Numbered from the stretch's first letter, positions 14,149 through 25,243 are shown. The stretch: DNA of 64,000 nt from Schmidtea nova (GCA_044892505.1 CM097884.1:27838001-27902000); one strand, 5' to 3'. Numbers and translations are program-made. Notes: generated by a model not told the origin, from the letters alone.

Positions 14149-14628
14149 ATGTCTGAGGAAACAATAACCCGAATGATAGTCAATTGTAGACGGTCGTTGG
14201 AAGCAAGGAAAACGCAAAACAAGGCCGGGAAACTAAAGGAATTACCCTCGCCAATCATGCGGACAATAAATGCGCTCATGTATAAATGACGTCGAGACTT
14301 CGGAAGGAAGTGCCCATTTTCTATTTGGGCTGATGACAACGAACTCATTCTATGTCGGGGCGGCCCTGGATGGCCAGAATCTAATCAAACCTATTCTCCG
14401 AAAGTCGGACGACTATTAATTATTTTAAGAGATGCCGACGGAAAGCCCAGACAAGTGATATATTGGGGGCATATTCCCCGAGACGAGCTTCATAAACTAG
14501 GACTCCGCGCATTCGTCCGCCCACGATCGTTCGGAAGGGAATGCAATACCACTCAATCCAATTTCTCACTAGCAAGGCTATGTCAAGCGGCAATAAATCA
14601 GGAGATTCACATTTTATTCCGAGTGTAG
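14149..14628 (+). pseudogene. ORF-A homolog, full length except one TGG>TGA at 14287
   Basis: 160 codons in one frame: LKELPSPIMRTINALMYK*RRDFGRKCPFSIW..IYWGHIPRDEL. Confidence 0.85.
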
Positions 14629-14781
14629 TGAATGAACATTAATATTGAATCAAGTTGTATTAGTAATAAAAGTTCCATCAAATCTGACTTAATTATTGGG
14701 GTTGATTTTGTATGCTGAATAAATAATTATTCTTAAATCATAATAAAAGTAGAGAATTTTCACTTCATCACGCTTGTAGAA

Positions 14782-15378
14782 ATGAGTTCGGAATCACTAC
14801 AACATCAAAATGAAATAGATAAATTATGGAGGATTCTCAGGGCTCAGGACAAAGAGTTGGCTCAAACGAAAGAACAATTGGCAAAAGCGGAGGCACAAAT
14901 AGCTTACCTGCGCAAGAGTTGGTTTGCTCCTGCGCGGATGAAGGATCAAATCGGTAAAACAGAGCGGGCTCAGATGACAGTGGAGGACTACAAAATGGAG
15001 TGGGAGGCAACCAAGATTGAGTTGCGAAAGTGCCTCCACTCAGTGACGGCCTCGTATATCGAGCGAGAGCTGAAAGCGCAAATCAGACCGGTGACCTATC
15101 AAGGATGGATCACCCAGAGAAAATCAGCGATCTCAATCGGCACTGATGTCGAAGGGCTAACCGAAACTACGGAAAAGGAATCTCAACCAGCGATTGTGAG
15201 TGCTCCCTCAATCAGTACGCACCAAAAACGCAAGCGGATCGGTCAGAAGCGAAGGAGGCAGAGGAAACTCTTCGCGCAAAGACTAAAAGATCATGTCGAC
15301 GAGTTAACTAAATTATCGGAAGGAGACCTGTTGACCGAGAGTTTTCCTCCAGAGGGGATTTTCAGCCATATGTTGTGA
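14782..15378 (+). CDS. Intact ORF-B homolog in solo LTR 3, 198 aa
   Basis: Colinear with 22523-23119: AEAQIAYLRKSWFAPARMK, EWEATKIELRKCLHSVTASYIE, HQKRKRIGQKRRRQRKLFAQ. Confidence 0.8.
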   Translation: MSSESLQHQNEIDKLWRILRAQDKELAQTKEQLAKAEAQIAYLRKSWFAPARMKDQIGKTERAQMTVEDYKMEWEATKIELRKCLHSVTASYIERELKAQIRPVTYQGWITQRKSAISIGTDVEGLTETTEKESQPAIVSAPSISTHQKRKRIGQKRRRQRKLFAQRLKDHVDELTKLSEGDLLTESFPPEGIFSHML

Positions 15379-15863
15379 AAATAATAGAATAGAATATCAT
15401 TTGTGCCGACATTTTTGTTATGTCTTAATGTATAAGTTTACTAATTAATAAAATAAATGAAACACCATAAGTGTAACCAGTTTTCTTATTTTTTCTTTAG
15501 TTATTCAACCAATTAATTCATAAATAATCTAGTGTCCGTAAATAAATAATTAAAACGTTACATAAGTGTTGTGAAAGTAAATAATAAAGACTATGAAGTA
15601 CCACAACTAAAACCATTCACGACTAAAGCGTAAGTCCTTCTAACGGCAGCAATGGACCCGTAAACATAAATGGGGAGTAGTTCTAGTAATAGAGCTCACA
15701 TGCCCATCATTGTTTAACCACCTTGCGCATCACCAACTTGGTTATCAAGGGAAATAATCAAGGACGCTCGAGTGTGAATTTACGCATATTTATGCATGGT
15801 CATGGATGGGGAATCCCTAACCCTCGTTAGAATTTTTCATCTAACCCCTCCATGAACCCAGCA

Positions 15864-17800
15864 TTTCGCATATAATCGTCATCACTGAAAATTTCAATTC
15901 CATAGTTAGAATTAACGTTCAATTCGCACCAATCGGGTCTGAATTAGGTAGAGTCATGAGCGATAGTACAAGGTTCATTCCACGATCACAATAACGATAT
16001 CAATTATTACGAAGAATTTAAGTCACAATCACAAAGATTAGGACGATGCGTGAATTTGCCTTCAGACTTACGAGGTTCGACTAGACCATAGTCGCGTAGA
16101 CCGAGCGAGCAAATTCCATATCAGAACAAACTGATTGTGTATTTCATATTTTAGAATTCGAAAACCCGATCATGATGGAATCTTATGTAAGTAATTAAAT
16201 AACGCCTACAATCACCCGATCATGAAAAAAGACAAATCTCACCCTTGAACAACAGAAAAGGGTGTTGGGCCCTCTAAAAGCCCTTCTGTCGAAGGTTCTT
16301 CAATAAGTGGATGCCGAGATGTGACGGTGGCATTGAGAGTGCCGTCAGAAATGTCCAGTCTCTATTTGGAATGGTAATACGGATAGAATCTGGTGGCACG
16401 AAGTACCAGGTGGCCCATGACTATGGAGGAGGCAAGTGCGATGGCAAATTTTCGATGGTTTGCCTATATCTCACTTGACAGGGTAGTGGATACAGCTATC
16501 TCTTGAAAATATCTTGCATCGGAAATTTGTGAAGATGAGGATCATAATCTTGGACTCTCCTCGTGCACCAAGAAAACGAATACTATGGAGTCTTATTGAT
16601 AATTCCGAGCGATCTTTCGCCAACCCTCCGCCAGAATCAAATTGCACCGAAAATAATTTTAATGACAACCTTGACAAAATACCAAATCGAGAGAAGGAAT
16701 TGCGCCTATTAGTGTTGACGTATCCCTCGGCGATCAATAAATAACCGCCATCTATGGAGGTAACACGTATTACATGCGTGATTGATTATGAACATTTTAT
16801 GCGTTTAAAGATTAATAAAAAATTCTTTTTTGTTTAGTTGATTTTTCTTTTTTTTTTACCAAAACTTAACTAATATATTGAAATTATGTGGGAACAACAG
16901 GGAATGCAATATTATTGTGGGTAATTGAATGCTCGATCGTACTAATGATAATTTTACCTTCAGAATGTCCCTTACAATAAATCAGAAAGATATAAAGATA
17001 TGCAAATGTGCCCGTCCGAACAACAACGGACCCGAAATGGAGATGGGACTATTAAAACGTCGCATATTACAATTGGAAGACACATTTTTTCTCTCCCAGT
17101 CAAATGCACGAGCAGATGAAGAAAGCAGAACGTGCTCACAGGGTGTCAATAGATGTCCAGTTGGAACTAGACGCAGTAAGAATCGAACTTAAAAATTATC
17201 AGAAGCAGATTTCCAAATCTTTCGTTAAAAAACGTTTAAAAAGACTGATACGGCCGCTGAGTAACTAGAAATGAGTGGGACCTTCAACAATGAAATTCAT
17301 CTTGCCACCCACTGAAAATGTATCGGAGCTCACCAACAGTTTTGTGATGAAAACCCGTATGGGCGGTAGAAAACGTCACCGCTATCAACAGCGAAAGTTC
17401 CCCCAACAGTTGTGAACTCAGGTGGCACAATTAAATTCGTTGTCCAAATTAGAATTACTACCAGAAATAATCCCACTATAATTGGGATAATTAATAAATA
17501 AATGTGTTGTGCGACGAACTGTGTTGACTTGTTATTATAAATTGAAAGGTGCTTTTTGCGGTCCCGTACATTATCGAAAGAGGAAAAATGTGAAAGAAAA
17601 ATTGTTCTAATAACGAGATACCAATGGATAGAACGTGTAGAATCTTCTATCGACCAAGGAACTCGTAGCGAATGCGAGTCAGGAGTAGTTGCTCTCGAAG
17701 CCTCTCACCTGTTGACCATATAGAATGCCAACATGGATAAAAAATATCCATGGGTATATGCTCGTGGGAAGTTTTGGGGGGGGGGGTGGCCAACCAAAAC
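15864..17800 (+). mobile_element. Older LTR remnant R2, right part (decayed ORF-A about 16250-16745, ORF-B about 16990-17500)
   Basis: CPVSIWNGNTDRIWW, KFVKMRIIILDS..RILW, ELDAVRIELKNYQKQISKSFV..LIRP. Confidence 0.6.
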
Positions 17801-18979
17801 TCTAGTACAGTAATGAATTAAATTCACGTGGCACACCTACGCTATAACCCCTTCGTTTTGAGAGATAAAAACGTGTATTCTAACTCGTGGAACCCGTAAT
17901 TGGACATTTGATCACTAGGAATAAAATTATATTTTTATTATTGATTTTTATTTTTGAGCAAACCCTCATGCTTCCCAAATCCAAAGTAATATGCCTGCGG
18001 TGTCAAGCCGTAGATTATGAGGAAGACATCGAAACCTCCGAGTAGCGCGGTTTCATCAGCAAAGTTAGGTACGACATTACGGCAAATTTTAAAGAGTCTA
18101 TAGAAGGGTGATATGTGAATGTTTCTATATAACGGAAGACTGTTCTTTAATTTCTTTTTGCTTCTCTTTTTAAATTTAAATTTTTTTCTTATTTATTTTT
18201 ATATTTGTTATTTAAATTTTTAATTTAAATTTCTTTATTTTCTTTTAAATCGATATTTTAAAATTACTCGTTGTTTGTATTTGTCATCTCCATTGTCAAT
18301 TACTATAGTTATTCCTTAACAATTAGAATGGACTTTTTTAAATTTCGAATGTGATAATTATATTTTATAATTTTCATAAAATATAACCATCGCAAAACAG
18401 CATAACCACAAACTGCGACCACAACAAAGGGGAACATCACATTGGGGCCTTTATTAAATCCTATCGACCAACAAAAATTAATTAAATTAAACACACTGCA
18501 GAGGGTATAACTCCTAGTAAAGGGGGATGAGGTAGCGTAAAGGATTAAAGATTTCCGGGTGACCAACGAGATCAGAATCATTTATTGCGTAAAATGTTCG
18601 CAAAGTAGGAAATGGCATGTGGAAAGTGAATAAATCGCCGACTCTCAAAGTTTTTCGAGCGAACTAAATCGGAACAACGAAGCGACATTTATCATCAGTG
18701 ACAGAGGAGGTCAAATGCCAACATGGATGAACCTCACAAATTTATGTTACTGAAACGAAAGTTGCGTCGTGAAGTCCATTGCTTTATATGTTTATTATAA
18801 TCAAACCAGACCAGATGTTTCTTTCCAACAATTTAAATTAAGAGAGTCAAATGAAATTCAACGTTGGAAATGCTAGTCGTATAACTCATTCGGCTGTCAC
18901 ATCGATTCCGAAACCTGACTTTAAATTATCAGAAGTTGTCTATCCAGAAGTCCAGTGCTTTTGGGATCCAATTAATCGT

Positions 18980-19262
18980 TGCCTTCCGAAATCCTATCTG
19001 AAGTGGAAGCCGCCATGATGAAGTAGCGCAGAGAGAAGAAAAGTAGATGCCTATTTACCATCTGGGAGAGCGGAAATGACTAGATTTGGTGGCGGGGAAG
19101 CCAACGATGGCTAGTCAACCCAGAAGAGGCCTACGATCATATGAATGCGACTTGGTTTGTGCAGATTCAAGACGAAGATAAAGAAGGGAACATAATTGTT
19201 CGTTTCGGATATATCCCGCAGGCGGAATTCGATTCTATGGGAATAGTACAATTACCTTCACC
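18980..19262 (+). pseudogene. Highly diverged ORF-A remnant
   Basis: MMK*RREKKSRCLFTIWESGND*IWWRGSQRW..FGYIPQAEF. Confidence 0.6.
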
Positions 19263-20789
19263 ATGGCCATCATGAAAACCTTTAAAAACTTTCAATTTTT
19301 CCAAAGATTATTCTCGCATAAATGTTACAAATTTTTGTGCTTCCAAATGCTGCTTGCAATTATGCAAGTGATGAATTATTTACCGAATGGCAATGTAAAT
19401 TGTTGTTCAAATACAAATCCAAAATTCCTTTGCAATTCATATTACAAAATATTCAAAAAAGGAATCATAAGAATGAAAAGACCGGTTTATTTAAAAACTA
19501 TTAAAATGAGTCTCATTGTTATTTTAGTTGTTAGCTTGATTGCCACTATGTTGTTAAGGTGTTCCACGTTTCACTTAGTGACAGATTATTGGAAAAATAA
19601 AGTTTTTAAAGGTTGCAAGTCAATTATGCTTGAATTTTGAACTGAGGAATTCTGAGAAATGTAAATTTTGCAACTTTCAGCGTAAATTGTTTTAATATAG
19701 GTAAATACAATGAACAATAAAATGTTTAAAAATTGAATATTAATATTGTATGGTAATATCTACTGTCGTATTAACATATTGTTGAAAGATTATGTTTAAT
19801 CATTATTTCTCAGAAAAGTAAAATAAGTTCCAAAATATCAAAATTGTTAGCACAATTATTTTCTGGATATTTTTTGCGGTGGTGACAAGGAATTTGTCGA
19901 AATATTTAAATTAAACGGTATTTCACTTTAATTAAATCGTTGCCATGTATATAAATACATATTTTCCCATCATATACATTTATCAAATTAATCAAATCAA
20001 AATATCAAGTAAATTACAAAAACTAAATTGATACAATTACAAAGATGTCATTATAATTATAAAGATAAAATAAATTTATCACAAAATTGTCAAAGATGAA
20101 TTGTCAGGATTTCGAAGATAGAATGTTTTTTTGTCATTGGCAAGGAATATTTGTATTTTATGACTTGTTTGGGGCTGGCTCAATGTGTATTTTCAACCTG
20201 TGTCTAATCATCCCTATGTTATAATCTTCATACAAATCAAATACTTCTACCATTTTCCCTGTATCTAACACAATTGTCAAGTTTCGAAGGATGACAATCT
20301 TAACACCTCCCATCATAGTATTGTTTTTTAAATGAATTGTGGTGACTTTCCCCAACGGGAACGCGGGGGAAATTGCACATAGGGCATCCCTTGAATAATG
20401 AATATATAGAAACGTAAAAATTTCAGTTGTCAAATACGATAATAAAGTGTTGGGCCCGCCAAATCACCTAAAAAACACAACAAAACGAACAAAAGCACGA
20501 AACAATAAAGAAATAATAAAAATAAAAATAGCAAGAAAAACAAATTAAAAATAACAATAAAACGACAAATAATAATTGACAAATTTTCAGTAAGAGGAAA
20601 TTTTGAAAATAAACCGGTAAACAACCGCAAAGGGGGGCCTGAAATCGGAAAAAATAGAATTAAATAAAATAATAGTGCAAATAATTAATTAATTACTTGG
20701 AAAATCAGGACCACCCAGCGAGAAACCGGAAAAGGAAACAAAATAATGTTTAGATTAGATTAAAATAATAAAAATACTTTGATGGACGG

Positions 20790-20834
20790 CCTGATCCTGA
20801 TTGGTCAATCCAACCAGACGGATCAGTATAAATA
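20790..20834 (+). promoter_or_regulatory. Putative LTR Pol II promoter (inverted CCAAT box plus TATA box); second copy at 47653-47697
   Basis: ATTGG at 20800-20804 and TATAAATA at 20827-20834. The block ctgattggtcaa...tataaataccgat is conserved in related LTRs (TATA at 3140-3147 minus strand, 4837, 11815, 13146) while flanks diverge. Confidence 0.6.
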
Positions 20835-21867
20835 CCGATCCAAAAATCACAGACTTAGACTTTTACTTTTCACTCAAGATCAAGACTAAACTTTGATTTG
20901 AGTAAATTTTTTGAAAAAACCGAATTTCATACAAGGAACCACATATTCAAGTACGGAAGTAATTTTTTTTATTTTTTATCTTATATGATGTACCCATGAT
21001 TTTTAGTTTAATTAAAATCTTATATGTAAACGTTATCTTATATTTTTTTTTTGATATTTTAATGCATATAGTTATACTTCCTATGCTGCTCACGCGGCGA
21101 GGGAGTCCGAGTCGTCGTTGTGGGGCCTCACGGTCTCACATGGCGGTTCAACCTTTTTATTGTTTTGGTTTTCATTTTTTGGTAGTTGAAATAATTAAAC
21201 TAAATCATTTAACTAGATATTTATCAGCGAGATTAGAGAATTTTAATGCTTATTTAGTCGAGTAAAATTTTCAGTCACGAAATATCGATAATGCGAATAC
21301 GTCCAGACAGTTTTCTGGCGATAAGTAAAAAATCATCATTTGGTTGTACAGGGGACGTAGCACAGCGGGCGGTAGAGAAGGTCTAAGGGGATACCAGGAG
21401 GGGGTAAAGTACCCGATAGGTGTCAGGTACCCGAGACAAATGGGTTGACACGCTGAGGTTAAATTTGAGGACGAGAGAGCAGGTATAACATGACAAGTTC
21501 TAAAAAATTTTCCAAGTAAATCGATCAAACTGATGAATTTCAATTAAGGTCAAGGTACGGGATATAGCAACTGCATGACAGAGATTAGTAAGACTGAAAA
21601 TCATAAATTCTAAAAATACTTTAAATTCCAATCTAATAAAACCAAAAATCTGTAATTCTAAAAATACTTTTATGCCGATCGCTGTACATAGCGCGGTAGC
21701 TCAAACTAATCTTATCCTGATCGTCGTACATGGCGCAGGGAAACAAATATCTTCTCCGACCGTGGTATATCGCGGTGATGGTTTAAAAATGAGATGGTAT
21801 TAACTAACAGGATTGAGATTAAATATAATTTACATTCAACTCTTTATTGAAAAAAATAAAATGACAG

Positions 21868-22344
21868 ATGCTGACATCATTGAACGAAAGATTAATGCGG
21901 ATTCGGAACTCAGGAAAGGAGGACAGGGCGAATGGATGGGCAAACCAGCTCAAGGAGTTGCCCCAGCCAATTCTGCGGACCATTAACGCCCAAGCGTACA
22001 AGTGGCGACAAGGGTTTGGTCGAAAGTGCCCGTTTTCCATCTGGGACGGAGGAAGCGATGAAATACTCTATCGAGGAGGACCGAACTGGCCTATTTCCCA
22101 AAGGCCGTACTCAAATAAGTTTGGCCGATTAATCGTACTGATCAAGGACACAGATGGACGGACAAGCCGTGTAATTTATTGGGGGCATATCCCTCGTCGA
22201 GAGCTATGCCAACTGGGTCTGTACGAGTTCTTACCACGAAAACCGTTCGGCAAGGAGTGCCAGAAAGGACAACCCTCGTTCTCTTGGGCTCGTCTTCGTC
22301 AGAAACCGATTAACAGCGAATTGCATAGTTTGTTTCGGAGATGA
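21868..22344 (+). CDS. LTR-encoded ORF-A, 158 aa, unknown function
   Basis: Intact and identical in both LTRs. Homologs in at least eight other loci share LKxLP..I.RTIN, CPFSIW, Y.GG..WP and IYWGHIP motifs. Confidence 0.8.
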   Translation: MLTSLNERLMRIRNSGKEDRANGWANQLKELPQPILRTINAQAYKWRQGFGRKCPFSIWDGGSDEILYRGGPNWPISQRPYSNKFGRLIVLIKDTDGRTSRVIYWGHIPRRELCQLGLYEFLPRKPFGKECQKGQPSFSWARLRQKPINSELHSLFRR

Positions 22345-22522
22345 AAACTGATTAACAAATGTTGAAATTGTGTTAAAATATTAGAGTTCATTAGTGAATT
22401 TTTTGTTTTTGAGTTTTGTTTCGCATTTTAATAGTTCATATTCGTAACCTAATAATCCTATGATCAGATTTTAATTTTCATATAATTAAATCATAGAGTA
22501 AATATCCTAAATAAATTATAGA

Positions 22523-23119
22523 ATGAACCCCGATTTGATGCAGAGAGAATTGGAAAAGATGTGGCGGATTCGGAGAGCCCAGGACAAGGAATTGGGTCTC
22601 CTCAAGGCACAATTGATCAAAGCCGAGGCACAGATTGCATACTTGCGCAAAAGCTGGTTTGCTCCGGCCAGAATGAAAGAGCAAATCAGTAAAACCGAGC
22701 GCGCCCAACAGACTGCAGCCGATTACCAAATGGAATGGGAGGCTACAAAGATAGAGCTCCGAAAATGCCTCCATTCCGTGACTGCCTCATATATTGAGAA
22801 GGAGCTCAGAGACCAAATCCGTCCGGTTACGTACCAAGCGTGGACATCAGAAAAGAAGACGGTAAATTCCATTGGCACGGATGTCGCCGATCTAATCGAA
22901 AGTCGGAATGAGACAGCTCCTGCAGCAAATTCAACCACCTCATCGGCGAATACGCACCAAAAACGCAAGCGCATTGGGCAGAAACGGCGAAGACAGAGAA
23001 AATTATTTGCCCAGCAATTACAAAGCCAAGTCGATGGTCTACATCAGATGACCGAGGAGGCATTATTGGCGGAGATTTTTCCTCCGGCGGGAGTTTTTAC
23101 CGAACTCATTAAAAATTAA
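22523..23119 (+). CDS. LTR-encoded ORF-B, 198 aa: coiled coil, WFAPARMK motif, Arg/Lys-rich stretch, Leu-rich C-terminus
   Basis: Intact in both LTRs. A same-length intact homolog at 14782-15378 shows many synonymous codon differences. AATAAA lies at the stop. Confidence 0.85.
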   Translation: MNPDLMQRELEKMWRIRRAQDKELGLLKAQLIKAEAQIAYLRKSWFAPARMKEQISKTERAQQTAADYQMEWEATKIELRKCLHSVTASYIEKELRDQIRPVTYQAWTSEKKTVNSIGTDVADLIESRNETAPAANSTTSSANTHQKRKRIGQKRRRQRKLFAQQLQSQVDGLHQMTEEALLAEIFPPAGVFTELIKN

Positions 23120-23594
23120 ATAAATTGTTGTATTGGCTTAAGAATTTCATCGTTCGTTTAAATCGATTTAATTAACTTTACCAATGATTAGATAAAGATA
23201 GAACAAAAGTATAAATTCATTTTACAAAATATCGAATAGAGATAATTAAATAATTAAGCGAGCATTCGTTGAAATACTTCTCGCAGACTGAGCAATGATA
23301 AAAATAAATTTTCTGAAAGATTCACGCGGAATACATAAGTAGATGATTAAAGCATAAGTCCTTCTAACGGCAGCGATGAACCCGTAAACATAAATGGGGA
23401 GTAGTACTAGCGATAGTGCTCACCTGCCCATCATTGTTTAACCACCCTGCGCATCACCAACTTGATTATATAGGGAAAAAATCAAGGGCGCTTGAGTGTA
23501 GAATTGCAATTTTGTGCATGATCATGGATGAGGGAATCCCTAGTCATTGTTAGAACATTTTTCATCTAACCCCTCCATGAACCCAGCATAAATT

Positions 23595-23612
23595 TGGGGG
23601 CTCAGCCGGGAT
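23595..23612 (+). other. Primer-binding site, tRNA-Pro type
   Basis: TGGGGGCTCAGCCGGGAT, 6 nt after the LTR end; 16/18 match to the canonical tRNA-Pro PBS TGGGGGCTCGTCCGGGAT. Confidence 0.85.
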
Positions 23613-23919
23613 CAACTTCGTTTTATCGGAAAAATGTAAATGTAAAATCTGCAGAGAGGTTTAAAATGCTCGGGTCAATTAATTTAATAAAAAACAGAAA
23701 GGTTATAATTAAATTTAAATTATTGTATAAAAATTAAAATAACAACACGGCAGTGAACAAAAGTGAATTTAAAAATTAAAATGCATGCATGGATAATTTG
23801 TCGGGACGACAATTTTCGGAAACACGGGGGGAGTTAAATATTAAAAGATACAAAACGAAACATATTACTACCTTAAAACGATAAAAATAACAAAGTTAAA
23901 ACGATTATTTATTCAGTAA

Positions 23920-24381
23920 ATGGAGGAAAAACTGAAAGAAATCGAAGAATTTCTCAACACAGAAAGCGAAACATTAGGAACAATTGGCAAGAAAATAAAC
24001 CGATTTAGAAAGATTAAATTTCAGGAACCCACAACACAGACTGAAGAGACGGATGAATTAATAAAGATAACAGAAAGAACAAGAAAAATCGACATAGAGA
24101 CCCGCTACAAATGGTACAGAGCACGATTAGAAAATGCAGAACTAAACATTAAGTGCAGGCAAATAGAACAACGATTAACCCCAACATACAATCGATGGAG
24201 GGCGCAGGGGGTAGAAGCAGCGAAAAAATACCGACAGTGCTATATATGTGAGGATAGCGAGATACAAATTATGTTTTTACCTTGCGGACATTTTCGTTTT
24301 TGTAAAATATGTGCCAGCAAGTGCGACCTATGTCCTATGTGCAACCTGATGATAGACGATAAAATTATTGTATATTTATAA
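23920..24381 (+). CDS. IAP-type C-terminal RING (C3HC4) protein without BIR domains, probable E3 ligase, 153 aa
   Basis: C-terminus CYICEDSEIQIMFLPCGHFRFCKICASKCDLCPMCNLMIDDKIIVYL has the spacing and terminal position of XIAP/cIAP RINGs. The N-terminal part is helical. Confidence 0.85.
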   Translation: MEEKLKEIEEFLNTESETLGTIGKKINRFRKIKFQEPTTQTEETDELIKITERTRKIDIETRYKWYRARLENAELNIKCRQIEQRLTPTYNRWRAQGVEAAKKYRQCYICEDSEIQIMFLPCGHFRFCKICASKCDLCPMCNLMIDDKIIVYL

Positions 24382-24864
24382 TAAATAAAATTTGAATGGA
24401 ATTTTATTGATTTATTGATAAGGAAATCATGGGTACAATTGTCATATATAAATAATTTTTGAGCTACTGCAAAGTAGTCCGATAAGAATCCATTGGGAGG
24501 TACCGATTGATCAACTTATTCAAGGTGTATAGAAAGGGGCCCATCGCAAATGTTGGAAAGTTTTTGTGATGTGATTGATCACCACATCCTGCATTAATGG
24601 ACCAACGCGATCTTTTTGTATATTTTGGTTGGGGAGAGAGATAGGGAAATCTTGATGGAGTAAAGCGCGCATAAGAAAAATAAATAAAAAGTTGAAGCAG
24701 ACTGATCAGGAATTAGTTAGGATAGAATAGAGAGATAAATGACATTTTTGAAAGAATAGAAAGGTGCATAATCAGCTCGCATAGAAGTAGTTATAACTCA
24801 GCTGAGAAATTTTAATCGCTAGCGAAGTAGGGAATTGTGATTAACCGGTTAAGTAAAGTTTTAT

Positions 24865-25243
24865 GAGATTTGTCCCTTGAAACAAAGGGTTAAGAGATTT
24901 GTCCCTTGAAACAAAGGGTTATGAGATTTGTCCCTTGAAACAAAGGGTTATGAGATATTTGTCCCTTGAAACAAAGGGTTAGGAGATTTGTCCCTTGAAA
25001 CAAAGGGTTAAGAGATTTGTCCCTTGAAACAAAGGGTTAAGAGATTTGTCCCTTGAAACAAAGGGTTATGAGATTTGTCCCTTGAAACAAAGGGTTATGA
25101 GATTTGTCCCTTGAAACAAAGGGTTAAGAGATTTGTCCCTTGAAACAAAGGGTTATGAGATTTGTCCCTTGAAACAAAGGGTTAGGAGATTTGTCCCTTG
25201 AAACAAAGGGTTATTAGCGGTTTGTCCCTTGAAAAAAAGGGTT
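24865..25243 (+). repeat. Tandem array, about 13 copies of a 29-bp unit GAGATTTGTCCCTTGAAACAAAGGGTTA(A/T)
   Basis: Directly visible; no unique spacers. Confidence 0.95.

Larger units (their letters stand above)
12770..15863 (+). mobile_element. Solo LTR 3 (3,094 bp), related family
   Basis: Starts tgttgggccc, ends aacccagca; promoter block at 13100-13170. Flanks TTTA/TTTC are a 3/4 match (probably a mutated TSD). Confidence 0.88.
20448..23588 (+). repeat. 5' LTR (3,141 bp), contains two ORFs
   Basis: TG...CA ends with imperfect 7-bp inverted termini. Matches 47311-50451 at offset 26863; I saw only three substitutions. Confidence 0.96.

Noticed and set aside
20158-20433. 91-aa minus-strand ORF next to the insertion site, faintly ubiquitin-like
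   Set aside because: Similarity too weak by eye; no supporting context.
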